From positions 288,001-352,000 of the forward strand of contig CAVUKB010000001.1 of the NCBI GenBank assembly GCA_963741955.1: a stretch of 64,000 nt of DNA, read 5' to 3'. A program made the translations under genes and the position numbers. Positions 31,685 through 41,720 of the stretch are shown here, one piece after another; the first letter of the stretch is position 1; the number at the start of each line of letters is the position of its first letter. The stretch comes from an uncultured Acidobacteriota bacterium. Lineage in GTDB: Bacteria; Acidobacteriota; Thermoanaerobaculia; Gp7-AA8. The notes under the pieces were generated by a model. It had not been told where the DNA came from. It saw only the letters and a list, made by a program, of their open reading frames with translations, and did not search any database.

Positions 31685-33106
31685 TCAGAGCTCTGCCAGC
31701 GCCGACTTGCGGATCTTTCCTCGTGCGTCGAGCGGCATCGAGTCGATCAGTTTGATCACACGGGGAACCTTGTGCTGGGAGAGGTGCTCACGGCAGAACG
31801 CGCGGACCGCGTCACGCGTCACTGCGCCATCCGCGACGATCGCTGCCGCCACGACGTCTCCCCGCGCTCCGGCCGGCTCGCCATAGACCTTGACCTCACG
31901 GACTCCTTCGATGCGCCGGATGACCCGTTCGACTTCACGCGGATTCACCTTCTTCCCCGCGATGTTGATCAGATCTCCGATCCGTCCGGTCAGCTCGATC
32001 TCGCCGTCCGGGCGGATCGAGGCGAGGTCGTCGGAGACGAACGTCCGTTCGCCGAATGTGACCGACTCGGCTTCCGTGGCGCCGACGTATCCGCGGGCGA
32101 CCGATCGGCTGGAGATGCCGATCCGCCCTTCCGCTCCGATCGCCACCTGCACTCCGTCGAGCGGCTTTCCGCAACTCCCTCTCTCCACGGCGGCGCCGAC
32201 TCGATCGTAGGTGATACCGCCGCACTCGCTGCAGCCGTAGAACGTATGAATCGGTTTGCCGAAGCGCTCACGAAAGCGTCGCGACACCGATGGCAACAGT
32301 GGAGCTCCGGCCGAAATGAATGTTCTGACCGTCTCGAACCCTCCATCGCCGGCGGGGAGCTGCGAGAGGAAATCGAACATCATCGGAATGCCGGGGACCA
32401 CCGTGCAGCCGAACCGATTACAGAGCTCGACGATCGAGAGGGGGACGTAATCGTTCGAGATCACGACCGCCGTTCCCTGAAGAAGAAGAGGCGTGACCAG
32501 ATTCGAAAATCCGTAAGAGTGCGAGAGGGGGATCGCCCCGAGGTTCACGTCCTGGGGATGGATCTCCATCGAGCTGCAGATGTTCCGGCAGTCCGAGATC
32601 AGGTTTTCTTCAGAGGTGAGAATCCCGCGCGGGTGTCCGGTCGATCCCGAAGTGAGTTTGAGCAGAGCGACGTCGAAGCGACGTGCGCGGCTGTCGGACC
32701 GGAGCTCGAAGAGGGGGAGACTGTCGGGACTCCAGAAGCTCTCCCGGTCGAGCAGCGCGCGGATCGAGAAATCATCGAGAATTCTCGCCACTTCGGATTC
32801 CGTCGCATCACGGTCGATCGGCACGAACGTGCATCCGATCCGGAGTGACGCGAGGAAGAGGGCGATCAGATCCGCGGAGTTCGGAAGCTGCACTGCGATC
32901 GGATCGCCTCGCCGTAGCCCCCGCGCCTCGAGGTGTCCGGCAAACGCGTCGGCCCGCTCGAGGAGGGTCCCGGCGGTCGTCACTTCACCGGTGTGGCCAT
33001 CGACCACCGCGGTCCGCCCGGGCGAGGCGGTCGCAATGCGGCGGAATCCATCGTAGATTCCGCCGGAGGAGTCGGGGTTCTTTCGTTCATGAAGGGCAAT
33101 GTCCAG
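31685..33106 (-). CDS. Adenylate-forming acyl-CoA/acyl-ACP ligase (start uncertain)
   Basis: TSGSTGHPRG, YGCSECG, GR..D.INIAGKKVNP.EVE, GKI; the frame stays open upstream of GTG 33007 to 33109. Confidence 0.88.
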   Translation of the reverse strand: MDIALHERKNPDSSGGIYDGFRRIATASPGRTAVVDGHTGEVTTAGTLLERADAFAGHLEARGLRRGDPIAVQLPNSADLIALFLASLRIGCTFVPIDRDATESEVARILDDFSIRALLDRESFWSPDSLPLFELRSDSRARRFDVALLKLTSGSTGHPRGILTSEENLISDCRNICSSMEIHPQDVNLGAIPLSHSYGFSNLVTPLLLQGTAVVISNDYVPLSIVELCNRFGCTVVPGIPMMFDFLSQLPAGDGGFETVRTFISAGAPLLPSVSRRFRERFGKPIHTFYGCSECGGITYDRVGAAVERGSCGKPLDGVQVAIGAEGRIGISSRSVARGYVGATEAESVTFGERTFVSDDLASIRPDGEIELTGRIGDLINIAGKKVNPREVERVIRRIEGVREVKVYGEPAGARGDVVAAAIVADGAVTRDAVRAFCREHLSQHKVPRVIKLIDSMPLDARGKIRKSALAEL

Positions 33107-33203
33107 ACTTCAGCGGCAAGAATAGCGGCTGGTGATTTCGATCGTCAACGGAGTCGGAATTAAAGGGCTCCCCTCGTGTTTGGAGCGGACACTCGAAGTC
33201 GGA

Positions 33204-34505
33204 ATGGCCATGCGCGACGTGATCGTGATCGGAGGCGGGCCCGCGGGATCGACCGTGGCCACGCTGCTGGCAGGGAAAGGGCTGTCTGTGACCCTTCTCG
33301 AACGGGAGAAGTTCCCCCGCTTCCAGATCGGCGAATCGCTCCTCCCGTACGCGAATCCGATTCTCGAGCGGCTCGGCGTCGCGGAAGCGCTGGCGCGCGG
33401 GGAGAGCTCGGTGCTGAAGCTCGGCGCGGAGTTCATCACCGCAGACGGCTCGATCGGCTACTCCTTCCTCTTCGGCGAAGATCTGCCGGAGAAATACTCC
33501 TTCACCTACCAGGTCCGTCGCGCCGAATTCGACGCGATGCTCCTCGCACGTGCGGCCGAATCGGGCGTCGACGTGAGGCAGCAGACCCGGGTCACGGACG
33601 TCCGGATCGGCGACGATCGGGTGAGCGTGACTGCGAGCGGCGAAGGAGAAGAGTCCTTCACCGTCGAGGCTCATTTCGTCGTGGACGCGACGGGATACGC
33701 GAGCATCCTCGGGAACCGCCACGGCGGCCGCGTCGACGACCAGGTGCTCAGGAGAGTTGCCGTGTTCGCGCACTATCGAGGAGTGGAGCCGGGTGCCACG
33801 GACGAGCGCGCGGGCAACATCGTAGTGGTCGTGCTGCGCGACGGCTGGCTCTGGATGATTCCGCTCTCCGAAGGAGTGACCAGCGTGGGGCTGGTGCTCG
33901 ACCGCGACTCGTTCAAGGCTGCCGCACGTTCGCCCGAGGAGATTCTCGCCGAGGCCATCGAAGGTGCGCCGTACGTGGCGCGGAGGATGGGCGGGAGCGA
34001 ACGGGTCGGACCGGTGCGCGTCCGTCGCGACTTCTCCTACCGGATGCAGCGGATCGCCGGACCACGCTGGGCCCTGGTCGGAGATGCAGCCGGATTCGTC
34101 GACCCGATCTTCTCCACCGGTGTTTTCACCGCCATGAGGTCGGCGGAGATCGCGGCCGACGCCATCGCGTACCGCCTCGAAACGGGAAGCTTCCGCGCGC
34201 TCGAGCGTTATCAGAGAAGAGTCGGGGCGGTGCTTCGCCGGTACACCCGGTTCATTCGGCATTTCTACGAGAGGGAGTTCATGGAGATCTTCCTGCAGCC
34301 GAGTGAGCGATTCGGGCTCCGGCGTGTCATCATCGGACTTCTGGCCGGCGACGCGTTCGAGCGCCGATCCGGCCGATGGAAACTGGCGCTGTTCTTCGCC
34401 CTCGTGCATCTGCAGCGCCGTAGTGGCAGAATCGCACCATCAATCGAATGGGATACTCTTCCCCCTGCGGTGCGGGGAAACTCTCCGGAGGAACGAATTG
34501 TCTGA
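33204..34505 (+). CDS. Flavin-dependent halogenase-like oxidoreductase
   Basis: IGGGPAG, FPRFQIGESLLP, LKLGAEF, WLWMIP, GDAAGFVDPIFSTG. Confidence 0.85.
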   Translation: MAMRDVIVIGGGPAGSTVATLLAGKGLSVTLLEREKFPRFQIGESLLPYANPILERLGVAEALARGESSVLKLGAEFITADGSIGYSFLFGEDLPEKYSFTYQVRRAEFDAMLLARAAESGVDVRQQTRVTDVRIGDDRVSVTASGEGEESFTVEAHFVVDATGYASILGNRHGGRVDDQVLRRVAVFAHYRGVEPGATDERAGNIVVVVLRDGWLWMIPLSEGVTSVGLVLDRDSFKAAARSPEEILAEAIEGAPYVARRMGGSERVGPVRVRRDFSYRMQRIAGPRWALVGDAAGFVDPIFSTGVFTAMRSAEIAADAIAYRLETGSFRALERYQRRVGAVLRRYTRFIRHFYEREFMEIFLQPSERFGLRRVIIGLLAGDAFERRSGRWKLALFFALVHLQRRSGRIAPSIEWDTLPPAVRGNSPEERIV

Positions 34506-34785
34506 TCTCACGGAATTGAAGCTGAAGCTGAAACAGTCGTTGATCGAAAGGCTCAGATTCGAAGACATGAGCCCCGAGGACATCGGCGACGATGATCCTC
34601 TCTTCGACGGCGGTCTCGGGCTCGATTCGATCGATGCGCTCGAGATCGTGGTGATGCTCGAAGCCGAATACGGGGTGAAGATCAGGAACGAGTCGTCCGC
34701 GCGACAGTACTTCCGTTCGATCTCCTCCCTCGCAACACTGGTGGACGAGCGGACCCGCGCTCCACGGGTCGAAGAAAGCGCGTGA
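34498..34785 (+). CDS. Acyl carrier protein
   Basis: PLFDGGLGLDSIDALE phosphopantetheine motif; TTG start after GGAGG. Confidence 0.92.
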   Translation: MSDLTELKLKLKQSLIERLRFEDMSPEDIGDDDPLFDGGLGLDSIDALEIVVMLEAEYGVKIRNESSARQYFRSISSLATLVDERTRAPRVEESA

Positions 34786-35180
34786 TCCCGTTCCTCGGAT
34801 TTCTTCCGCATCAGATCCCATTCCGGGCCGTCTCCGCCGCGCATCCCGTCGACGACCGCACCATCCACGGCACCTGCTTCTGTTCCGGAGCCGACGAGTT
34901 GAGTCGGGGAGCCGCTCCGCCGGTGGTGATGCTCGTCGAGGCGATGGCACAGATCGGCGGTGCGCTCGTATTCCGCCGCCCCGGGGAGGCGGGCTACCTC
35001 AGCGCGATCGACGCCTGCGAGATCTCCGTCCCTCCCGATCCGGGAGACCGAATCGAGCTGCAGGTCGTGCTGGAGGCCTCGTTTGGTACCATGTTCCGGT
35101 TCGAAGGGCGGGCTCTCCGCGATGGAACAGAGATCGCCCGTGCGCGGTTTTACCTCGCCGGAACGGAAGAGCGCGACTGA
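34782..35180 (+). CDS. FabA/FabZ-like hot-dog dehydratase
   Basis: LPHQIPF, LVEAMAQ, PGDRIEL; GTGA overlap with the ACP. Confidence 0.8.
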   Translation: MIPFLGFLPHQIPFRAVSAAHPVDDRTIHGTCFCSGADELSRGAAPPVVMLVEAMAQIGGALVFRRPGEAGYLSAIDACEISVPPDPGDRIELQVVLEASFGTMFRFEGRALRDGTEIARARFYLAGTEERD

Positions 35181-35222
35181 CTGGTTTTTCTCTGATTCGC
35201 ACACACTTGCAAGTTTCACCTT

Positions 35223-36452
35223 ATGCGCAGACCGGATTCTCGGATTCGCCTGGCCATCACTGGCGTCGGCATCATCTGCTCGATCGGGCGGAGCCGGGAG
35301 GAGGTCTGGAATTCGATTCTCGCCGGGGCGGACGGGATCCGGCCACTCGCCTCCTTCCCGGACGAGACGTTTCCCACCACCCTGGCCGCCGAAGTCGGAG
35401 GATCCCTGGGCGGCGCGACGCCCGCCAGCCGGCGTGAGCGCCGGCGATTTTCCCGCAGCGATTCGTTGGCCGTCATCGCCGCGATCGAAGCTCTTCAGCA
35501 CGCGCAGTCGAGCGGAGCAGCTCTCGATCTCCAGGAGACCATCGTCTCCACCGGCACATCCACCGGGGGCCTCCTGGAAGGAGAGGATTACTACTTCCGC
35601 CGTCGTGTTCGGGGCCGCCGCCGGACGCCGGCATCGCGCGTGCTCCAGCAGCCGACCTCCGGTCCTTCGGACGCCGTCGCGCGTGTTCTCGGGCTCGGAG
35701 GCGGAGTCTTCTCCAACGCCACCGCATGTGCATCCGGAGGAGCGGCGATCGGTCTCGCCGCCGATCTGATTCGCGCGGGTCAGGCCTCCGTCGCTCTGGC
35801 TGGAGGCACCGACGCGCTCTGCCGCCTCACGTACAGCGGATTCAACGTTCTTCAGGCCGTCGATCAGGGTCCATGCCGTCCCTTCGATGCGTCGCGCGCG
35901 GGCATCACGCTCGGAGAAGGAGCCGCGTATCTGGTGATCGAACGGTGGGACGACGCAATCGGCAGGGGAGCGGAGATCCTCGCAGAGCTCTGCGGCTATG
36001 GCGCATCGTGCGACGCCTGGCATCCCACCGCGCCGGCCGAGGACGGCCGCGGCGCGGCGGCGGCGATGTCGGCTGCGCTCCGTGAGTCTAGCCTGACCGC
36101 CGGTTCCATCGAGTACGTGAATGCACACGGCACCGGGACAGTGCTGAACGACTCCGCCGAGTCGAAAGCGATTCGCTCCACGCTCGGAGGCAGAGTTCCC
36201 GTCTCGTCGACCAAATCCTACTTCGGCCATACCCTCGGGGCTTCCGGGGGCCTCGAAGCGGTGATCACCGTGCTCGCCCTGATGCACCAGGTTGCTCCGC
36301 CGACGCTTCGGCTGGACTGCACTGAAGAGGAGTGCGGTCTCGACTGCATTCCGAACCTCCCCCGGCCGATGACGTTGAATCGGGCGCTGTCGAATACGTT
36401 CGGCTTCGGCGGCAGCAACATCTCGCTGATCTTCAGGAGAGCCGGGGAGTGA
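35223..36452 (+). CDS. Beta-ketoacyl-ACP synthase (Cys-His-His intact)
   Basis: TACASG, GEGA, NAHGTGT, KSYFGHTLGASG, SNTFGFGG. Confidence 0.95.
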   Translation: MRRPDSRIRLAITGVGIICSIGRSREEVWNSILAGADGIRPLASFPDETFPTTLAAEVGGSLGGATPASRRERRRFSRSDSLAVIAAIEALQHAQSSGAALDLQETIVSTGTSTGGLLEGEDYYFRRRVRGRRRTPASRVLQQPTSGPSDAVARVLGLGGGVFSNATACASGGAAIGLAADLIRAGQASVALAGGTDALCRLTYSGFNVLQAVDQGPCRPFDASRAGITLGEGAAYLVIERWDDAIGRGAEILAELCGYGASCDAWHPTAPAEDGRGAAAAMSAALRESSLTAGSIEYVNAHGTGTVLNDSAESKAIRSTLGGRVPVSSTKSYFGHTLGASGGLEAVITVLALMHQVAPPTLRLDCTEEECGLDCIPNLPRPMTLNRALSNTFGFGGSNISLIFRRAGE

Positions 36453-37687
36453 TGAGCGAGATCGGTCGGATCGGAATCTACGGGATCGGAGTGATCGGAC
36501 CGCAGGTGTCGGGAATCGAAGCATTTCGCGAACGGATCCGCAGCGGAGTCCCGGCGACGGCTCCGGTGCGCTCGTTCGAAACTGCGGGTCTGTCGGCGTC
36601 GACGGCCGGCCTGGTCACGGACTTTCAGCCGAAGAAGTTCATCGCTCCGATGAAGTTGCGTCGCATGAGCCGCCTCTCGCGACTCGGAGCAGCCGCCGCG
36701 ATCATGGCCGTGCGAGACGGTGGGGTCGATCCGCTTCCCCTTTCCGGTCCCGAGGTCGGCGTGGCGCTCGGCACCGCATTCGGGACGATCCAGGTTTCGG
36801 TCGAGTATCTCGAAGAGTACGTCGAGAAGGGTGCGGCGCTCGCGCCGCCGCAGCTGTTCGCCGAGTCGGTCGCGAATGCCCCCGCCTCGCACATCGCGAT
36901 CGCCGGCGGATACGAAGGATTCAATCTCACCTTCACCCAGAGAGAGTCTTCCGTTCTCACTGCGCTGATGTTCGCGTCCGCTCAGATCGCGAAGGGAGCG
37001 ACACGAGCGGCTCTCGTCGGCGGAGTCGACGAGACCAACGAGATGATCTTCAGTATCCTCGATCGGATCGGAGCTCTCGCTCACTCGAACGGGAGCGACG
37101 AAGAAGCCTCGCGGCCGTTCGACGCCCGCAGAAACGGGATGGTGGTCGGTGAGGGATCATCGGCATTCCTTCTCGCCGGGGAAGGGGCGTTGCCGGATGC
37201 GCGTGAGCCGTACGCGTGGATCTCCGGATTCGGAACGAGCCGGGATGCGAGCGCGAGCCTCTCCGACTGGGGAAACGATCCTGCCGCAGTAGTGCGGTCG
37301 ATGCGTCGCGCGATCGTCGATGCCGAGCTCGAGCCCGGCGACATCGACGGGATCATCGCTTCGGCGAACTCCACGATTCGAGGAGATCGACTCGAGTACC
37401 TCGCAATCCAGCAGCTGTTCGGAAAGGGCGCGCCGCCGGTCGCGGCCCCGAAGTCGTATTTCGGCGAGTACGCATGCGGTGGAGGCGCTACTCTTGCCAC
37501 TGCTCTGGTGGCGCTGCGGGAGCAGGAGCTTCCGGCGACTCCGGGGTTCGAGGTCGCGCCGAGCGATCTCACCATTCCCGTCACGCGCGAATCGACGCGG
37601 CGTGAGATGCGGCATCTTCTGGTGAACTCCCTCTCTGCCGGTGGGGGCGTCGTCTGCGCCGTGATCTCTCGAGGTGTCGATGAGTGA
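36452..37687 (+). CDS. Catalytically inactive KS homologue (chain-length-factor-like)
   Basis: KS fold (RPFD, GEG) but TQRESS replaces TAC, SANST replaces HGTGT and GEY replaces GHT; TGATG coupling to the KS. Confidence 0.85.
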   Translation: MSEIGRIGIYGIGVIGPQVSGIEAFRERIRSGVPATAPVRSFETAGLSASTAGLVTDFQPKKFIAPMKLRRMSRLSRLGAAAAIMAVRDGGVDPLPLSGPEVGVALGTAFGTIQVSVEYLEEYVEKGAALAPPQLFAESVANAPASHIAIAGGYEGFNLTFTQRESSVLTALMFASAQIAKGATRAALVGGVDETNEMIFSILDRIGALAHSNGSDEEASRPFDARRNGMVVGEGSSAFLLAGEGALPDAREPYAWISGFGTSRDASASLSDWGNDPAAVVRSMRRAIVDAELEPGDIDGIIASANSTIRGDRLEYLAIQQLFGKGAPPVAAPKSYFGEYACGGGATLATALVALREQELPATPGFEVAPSDLTIPVTRESTRREMRHLLVNSLSAGGGVVCAVISRGVDE

Positions 37688-38357
37688 GCGCTTCGCGGTG
37701 GTGATCCCGGCGCTCGATGCGGTGCAGACGGTCGGGGCGATCGTGTCGGATGCACGCAAGGAGGTTCCGCGCGTGATCGTGGTCGACGACGGCTCGACGG
37801 ACGGGACCGGAGATGCGGCACGTGCGGCCGGTGCGGAGGTCGTGAGGCACGAGAGGAATCGGGGCAAAGGCGCTGCGTTGAAGAGTGGCTTCCTGGAGGC
37901 GCTCCAGCAGGGAGTGGATGCGGTGATCACGCTCGATGCCGATGCGCAGCATCTTCCCCGCGAGATCGGCCGGTTCATCGATGCTTATGAAGCGAGCGGC
38001 GCGGATCTGATCATCGGGAGCCGGGCGCACCTGTTCGCCGGAATGGTCGGACGTCGGCGCGCTGCGAACCGTTTTTCCGCCTGGTCGATCTCCCGTGCTT
38101 CGACGGTTCGAGTGCTCGACTCGCAGAGCGGCTTCCGTCTCTACTCTGCCCGTCTCCTCAGGCAGCTCACGATCCGGGCGAATGGATTCGACGCCGAGAG
38201 CGAGGTGATCGTCCGTGCGGGGCGCGCAGGACTCGGGATCCGTGAGATTCCGATCGACCTCGGATTCGTGAACGGTATTGCCACCAGCCACTACAGACCC
38301 GTTCTGGACACGCTGCGGATTGCGTGGACCGTCACGCGGACAGTGGTCGCGGGGTGA
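37680..38357 (+). CDS. GT2 glycosyltransferase (DPM1-like)
   Basis: VVIPA, VVDDGSTDGT, NRGKGAAL, DADAQH, DSQSGFR. Confidence 0.92.
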   Translation: MSERFAVVIPALDAVQTVGAIVSDARKEVPRVIVVDDGSTDGTGDAARAAGAEVVRHERNRGKGAALKSGFLEALQQGVDAVITLDADAQHLPREIGRFIDAYEASGADLIIGSRAHLFAGMVGRRRAANRFSAWSISRASTVRVLDSQSGFRLYSARLLRQLTIRANGFDAESEVIVRAGRAGLGIREIPIDLGFVNGIATSHYRPVLDTLRIAWTVTRTVVAG

Positions 38358-38432
38358 GACGCGCTCTGGCGGGCCGCAGGGTGAGTCGGGTTCAGAGGCC
38401 GAGCGGTCCGGAACCCGACGTCCGACTCTGCG

Positions 38433-39095
38433 TCAGACGGCCGCTTCTTCGACCATCCGGTTCTCCTCCACCGGACGCGTCTTGTGCCCACTATTCAGCG
38501 CCGTGACCTGCTGGTAAAGCATCGACTCCCCCCGGCGGAGATAGTCGAAGCTCGAATAGAGTGTCGCCAGCAGACAAAGCTGGAAGAGCACCGGGAGGAG
38601 CAGCAGCGCAATCGGTGCGAGGAACATGTTCGCGGCCACCGCTCCCGAGATTGTGACGACCTGGAGGACGGTGGAGAATTTGCCGGCGATCGAAGGGGGG
38701 AAGCGCCGGATGTTGATGCGCGTGTAGAGGAGATACGCGAACGAGATGATGACGGCGTCGCGGATGAAGATGGTGAACGTGAGCCAGACCGGAACCGTGT
38801 AGCGCACGGCAGGTGAGAACGTGTAGAGCACGTAGCCGGAGAACATCATCACTTTGTCCGCCGCGGGATCGAGAATCGCCCCGAGGCGCGAGCGCTGATT
38901 CAGGCGGCGCGCGATATAGCCGTCGAACGCATCAGTGAACCCGGCCAGGACGAACGTGACGAACGCAGCGGTGAAGGCCTGGGCGAGCGTGGCTGCGACG
39001 AATACCGGGATGAGGAGGATCCGGAGGAGCGTCAGTCCGTTGGGAATGGTGAGCGCGCCATGAAAGGGCGACTCTTCGTGAGGGGAAGGGGTCAT
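38433..39095 (-). CDS. CDP-alcohol phosphatidyltransferase (PgsA-like)
   Basis: IPNGLTLLR and DAFDGYIARR..GAILDPAADK. Confidence 0.92.
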   Translation of the reverse strand: MTPSPHEESPFHGALTIPNGLTLLRILLIPVFVAATLAQAFTAAFVTFVLAGFTDAFDGYIARRLNQRSRLGAILDPAADKVMMFSGYVLYTFSPAVRYTVPVWLTFTIFIRDAVIISFAYLLYTRINIRRFPPSIAGKFSTVLQVVTISGAVAANMFLAPIALLLLPVLFQLCLLATLYSSFDYLRRGESMLYQQVTALNSGHKTRPVEENRMVEEAAV

Positions 39096-39100
39096 ACCGG

Positions 39101-39781
39101 TCAGACTGCTTCCTTGAATTGAGCGATCGCCCTCTTCCGAAGATAGACCGTCCGGCCTTCTTCCAGCAGCAGATTCTGCTCCATCCAGTCGTGCATCATT
39201 CTCGAGACAGTCTCCCGCGAGGTGCCGATCATGTTCGCGATGGACTGGTGAGTCGGCCGGGTGACTGCGATGTAGTCACCCTCCATTTCTTTTCCCCCTC
39301 GCTGTGCGAGATCGAGGAAAAAACGGGCGAGACGTCCCTGAACGTCCATGGTTGCAAGAGACTCGATCCGGTCGGAGGCACTTCGCAGACGATGGGAAAG
39401 CTCGGCCAGCACTTTCCGGGTGATCGAAAAATTGTCCTTCACGATGTTCAGAAAATCCGTTCGCCAGATCGTGAGGAGCTCCAGCTCTTCGGTTGCGATG
39501 ACCGTCGCCGATCGCGGCTCGTCATCGAGCAGCGCCATTTCCCCGAAAAATTCTCCGGGGCCGAGCAGCGACAGAATGATCTCTTTCCCCTCGGGGGAGA
39601 TCATGGTGATCTTCACTTTCCCCTTTCGTATGAGGCAGAAGACGTCCCCGATCTCGTCGGCGTAGAAGATCACCTCGTCGCGCTTGTAACGACGGGCTTT
39701 GGCGACCGCGGCGATCGCCTCCAGTTCCGGCGGATCGAGCTCCGCGAAAAGGGAAAACCTCCGGAAAAGCTCCACGTCCAT
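39101..39781 (-). CDS. Crp/Fnr family transcriptional regulator
   Basis: cNMP domain (FGEMALL..PRSATV) and HTH GTSRETVSR; TAGAAT lies 10 nt before this ATG. Confidence 0.93.
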   Translation of the reverse strand: MDVELFRRFSLFAELDPPELEAIAAVAKARRYKRDEVIFYADEIGDVFCLIRKGKVKITMISPEGKEIILSLLGPGEFFGEMALLDDEPRSATVIATEELELLTIWRTDFLNIVKDNFSITRKVLAELSHRLRSASDRIESLATMDVQGRLARFFLDLAQRGGKEMEGDYIAVTRPTHQSIANMIGTSRETVSRMMHDWMEQNLLLEEGRTVYLRKRAIAQFKEAV

Positions 39782-40127
39782 TGCATCAGGCATTCTATCA
39801 GGGTTGTCGATCCGGGGTCGCGGGCGGGACGGGCAGCCGTGGCAGGGGACGTTTCCGACGGCAGTCCCCGGTTTCTCACCCGCCTCGGCAGCAGAGGTGA
39901 TGTCTCTCCCTGGGCAGGTGCGGTTCACGAGGCGGGATCCGGACCGAAATCGGGTTGTACGCGATGAGAGGGGCGCAGTGGTTGGACGCGACGCGTGGGT
40001 GATCCTGCCTGCCGGCTCCGCGTGGGCCGAGGGCGACGCCGATTGACTTCGCACCTGCCGAAATCATACGCTGGGCCATCGTTCAATCGGCGAGCGAGGG
40101 ATTCCCTCGGCTCGATTCAGGGCTCAC

Positions 40128-41381
40128 TTGGCCATCAAACGGATCATTCCCGTCTCTTCGGGAAAAGGCGGCGTCGGAAAGACGACCTTCGCCGTCAATT
40201 TCTCGCTCGCGCTCTCCCAGTACGGCAAGACCGTGCTGGTCGACCTCGACACCGGCACTTCGGCGATCCGGCACGCCATCGATGTTCCCATCGACCGCGA
40301 CCTCTATCACTTCTTCCGGAGGAACGAACCTCTTTCCAACTGCATCACGTCGATCGAGAAGCTCGACAAGGACGGCAGATACCGGAACTTCGGATTCGTC
40401 GCGGGACCGCTGCACCTCATCGAGGAGATCACCAATTTCGGGGAGGAGCGGAAGCGGAGCCTGATCGGTGCCATCAACGACCTCGATGCCGACTACGTCG
40501 TACTCGATCTGAAAGCCGGTCTCGATGCGCACGTGATCGATTTCCTCCCCTTCTCGAACTCCGGGATTCTGATTTTCACGCCGCACCTCCCGAGTGCCAC
40601 GCTGGCGGCCTCGGATATCGTCAAGTCGATTCTCTTCCGGAAGATGAGGTTGATCTTCGGAAAGAGCTCGCCCTTCTTCCGCACGGTGGAAGGACGGATC
40701 GACTTCTGGAAGCTGATCAACGATCTGATCGATCGGGTGGAAGACGTCTACGACTCTTCGGTCGAGAATCTCGACGCGTTCGCGCAGGACCTTTTCGATT
40801 CTCTCGGCGACCACCCGATCAGCAGGACGGTACGCTCGACGATCGACAGCTTTCGCGTCTACTACCTCCTCAACCTCTTCAGCGGCGTCGAGGAATCCTA
40901 CGAGACCGCGATCCGTCCGTTTCTGGAGAATCTCACCACCAACGTGTCGGCTCATTGCGGGGTGACGAACCTCGGCTGGATCAGCAGGAGCGAGGTGATT
41001 CACCGCGCGAACTGCAACCGGATCCCCGCGCTTCTCACCCCCGAACGGCTCGAACCGGAGTCGGTGCCCGACCGCTATGCGCAGGAGCTGGAGGATCTCC
41101 GGGTCACCGCAATCGGGCTCGAGCCCGCGCGACCGGAAAAGCGAATGAACCCGCGCCGGGAATCATTTCGGACTCCATCCGGTGACGACCCTCTCTCGAT
41201 ACAGCTCGACGTCCTTCGCTCGATGTTCGAAAAAAAGGAGGACGACGACTTTCGCGCGAACTTCGAATATGCGACGCAGCGCGCGCTCTTCACTATGAAG
41301 ACACGGCGCCCGAGCGAATTCGGAGACCGGAAGATCTACCTGCCGGAGGAGATGCTCGAGGTACTGTTCGAGCGCGCGTGA
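40128..41381 (+). CDS. MinD/FlhG/ParA-like P-loop ATPase
   Basis: SGKGGVGKTT deviant Walker A, VDLD, VVLDLKAG; TTG start. Confidence 0.85.
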   Translation: MAIKRIIPVSSGKGGVGKTTFAVNFSLALSQYGKTVLVDLDTGTSAIRHAIDVPIDRDLYHFFRRNEPLSNCITSIEKLDKDGRYRNFGFVAGPLHLIEEITNFGEERKRSLIGAINDLDADYVVLDLKAGLDAHVIDFLPFSNSGILIFTPHLPSATLAASDIVKSILFRKMRLIFGKSSPFFRTVEGRIDFWKLINDLIDRVEDVYDSSVENLDAFAQDLFDSLGDHPISRTVRSTIDSFRVYYLLNLFSGVEESYETAIRPFLENLTTNVSAHCGVTNLGWISRSEVIHRANCNRIPALLTPERLEPESVPDRYAQELEDLRVTAIGLEPARPEKRMNPRRESFRTPSGDDPLSIQLDVLRSMFEKKEDDDFRANFEYATQRALFTMKTRRPSEFGDRKIYLPEEMLEVLFERA

Positions 41382-41632
41382 GATGGAGAATGCTCCGGCG
41401 CCCGGGCTAGGATCGAGGTTAACCTGGAGGGAGCTTCCGGTGGCTCGGCAACGCCGATCTGTGCCCTTCACCGGACGATTCATGCAAACCATCTCCGGAC
41501 GGTGATGCCGGAATCCGGCAATGCGCCCGCGGTGACCCGACCGCTCGTCGTGACCGCGTGCGGAATGGCCGGCGTGATGATGCGGTTCTCCAGCTCGCCC
41601 CGCGGGGCATCGTGTCGACCCCGACGGAGAGG

Positions 41633-41661
41633 TTGACCGGTCGCGACGGAATGCCTACAAT
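41633..41661 (+). promoter_or_regulatory. Sigma70 promoter for tRNA-Lys
   Basis: TTGACC-17-TACAAT followed by a GC-rich discriminator. Confidence 0.75.
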
Positions 41662-41720
41662 CCGCGCGCACGACAGGCGAGCCATTTGCCGGGTCGATGT
41701 TGAACGGAAACAACAGGGAC

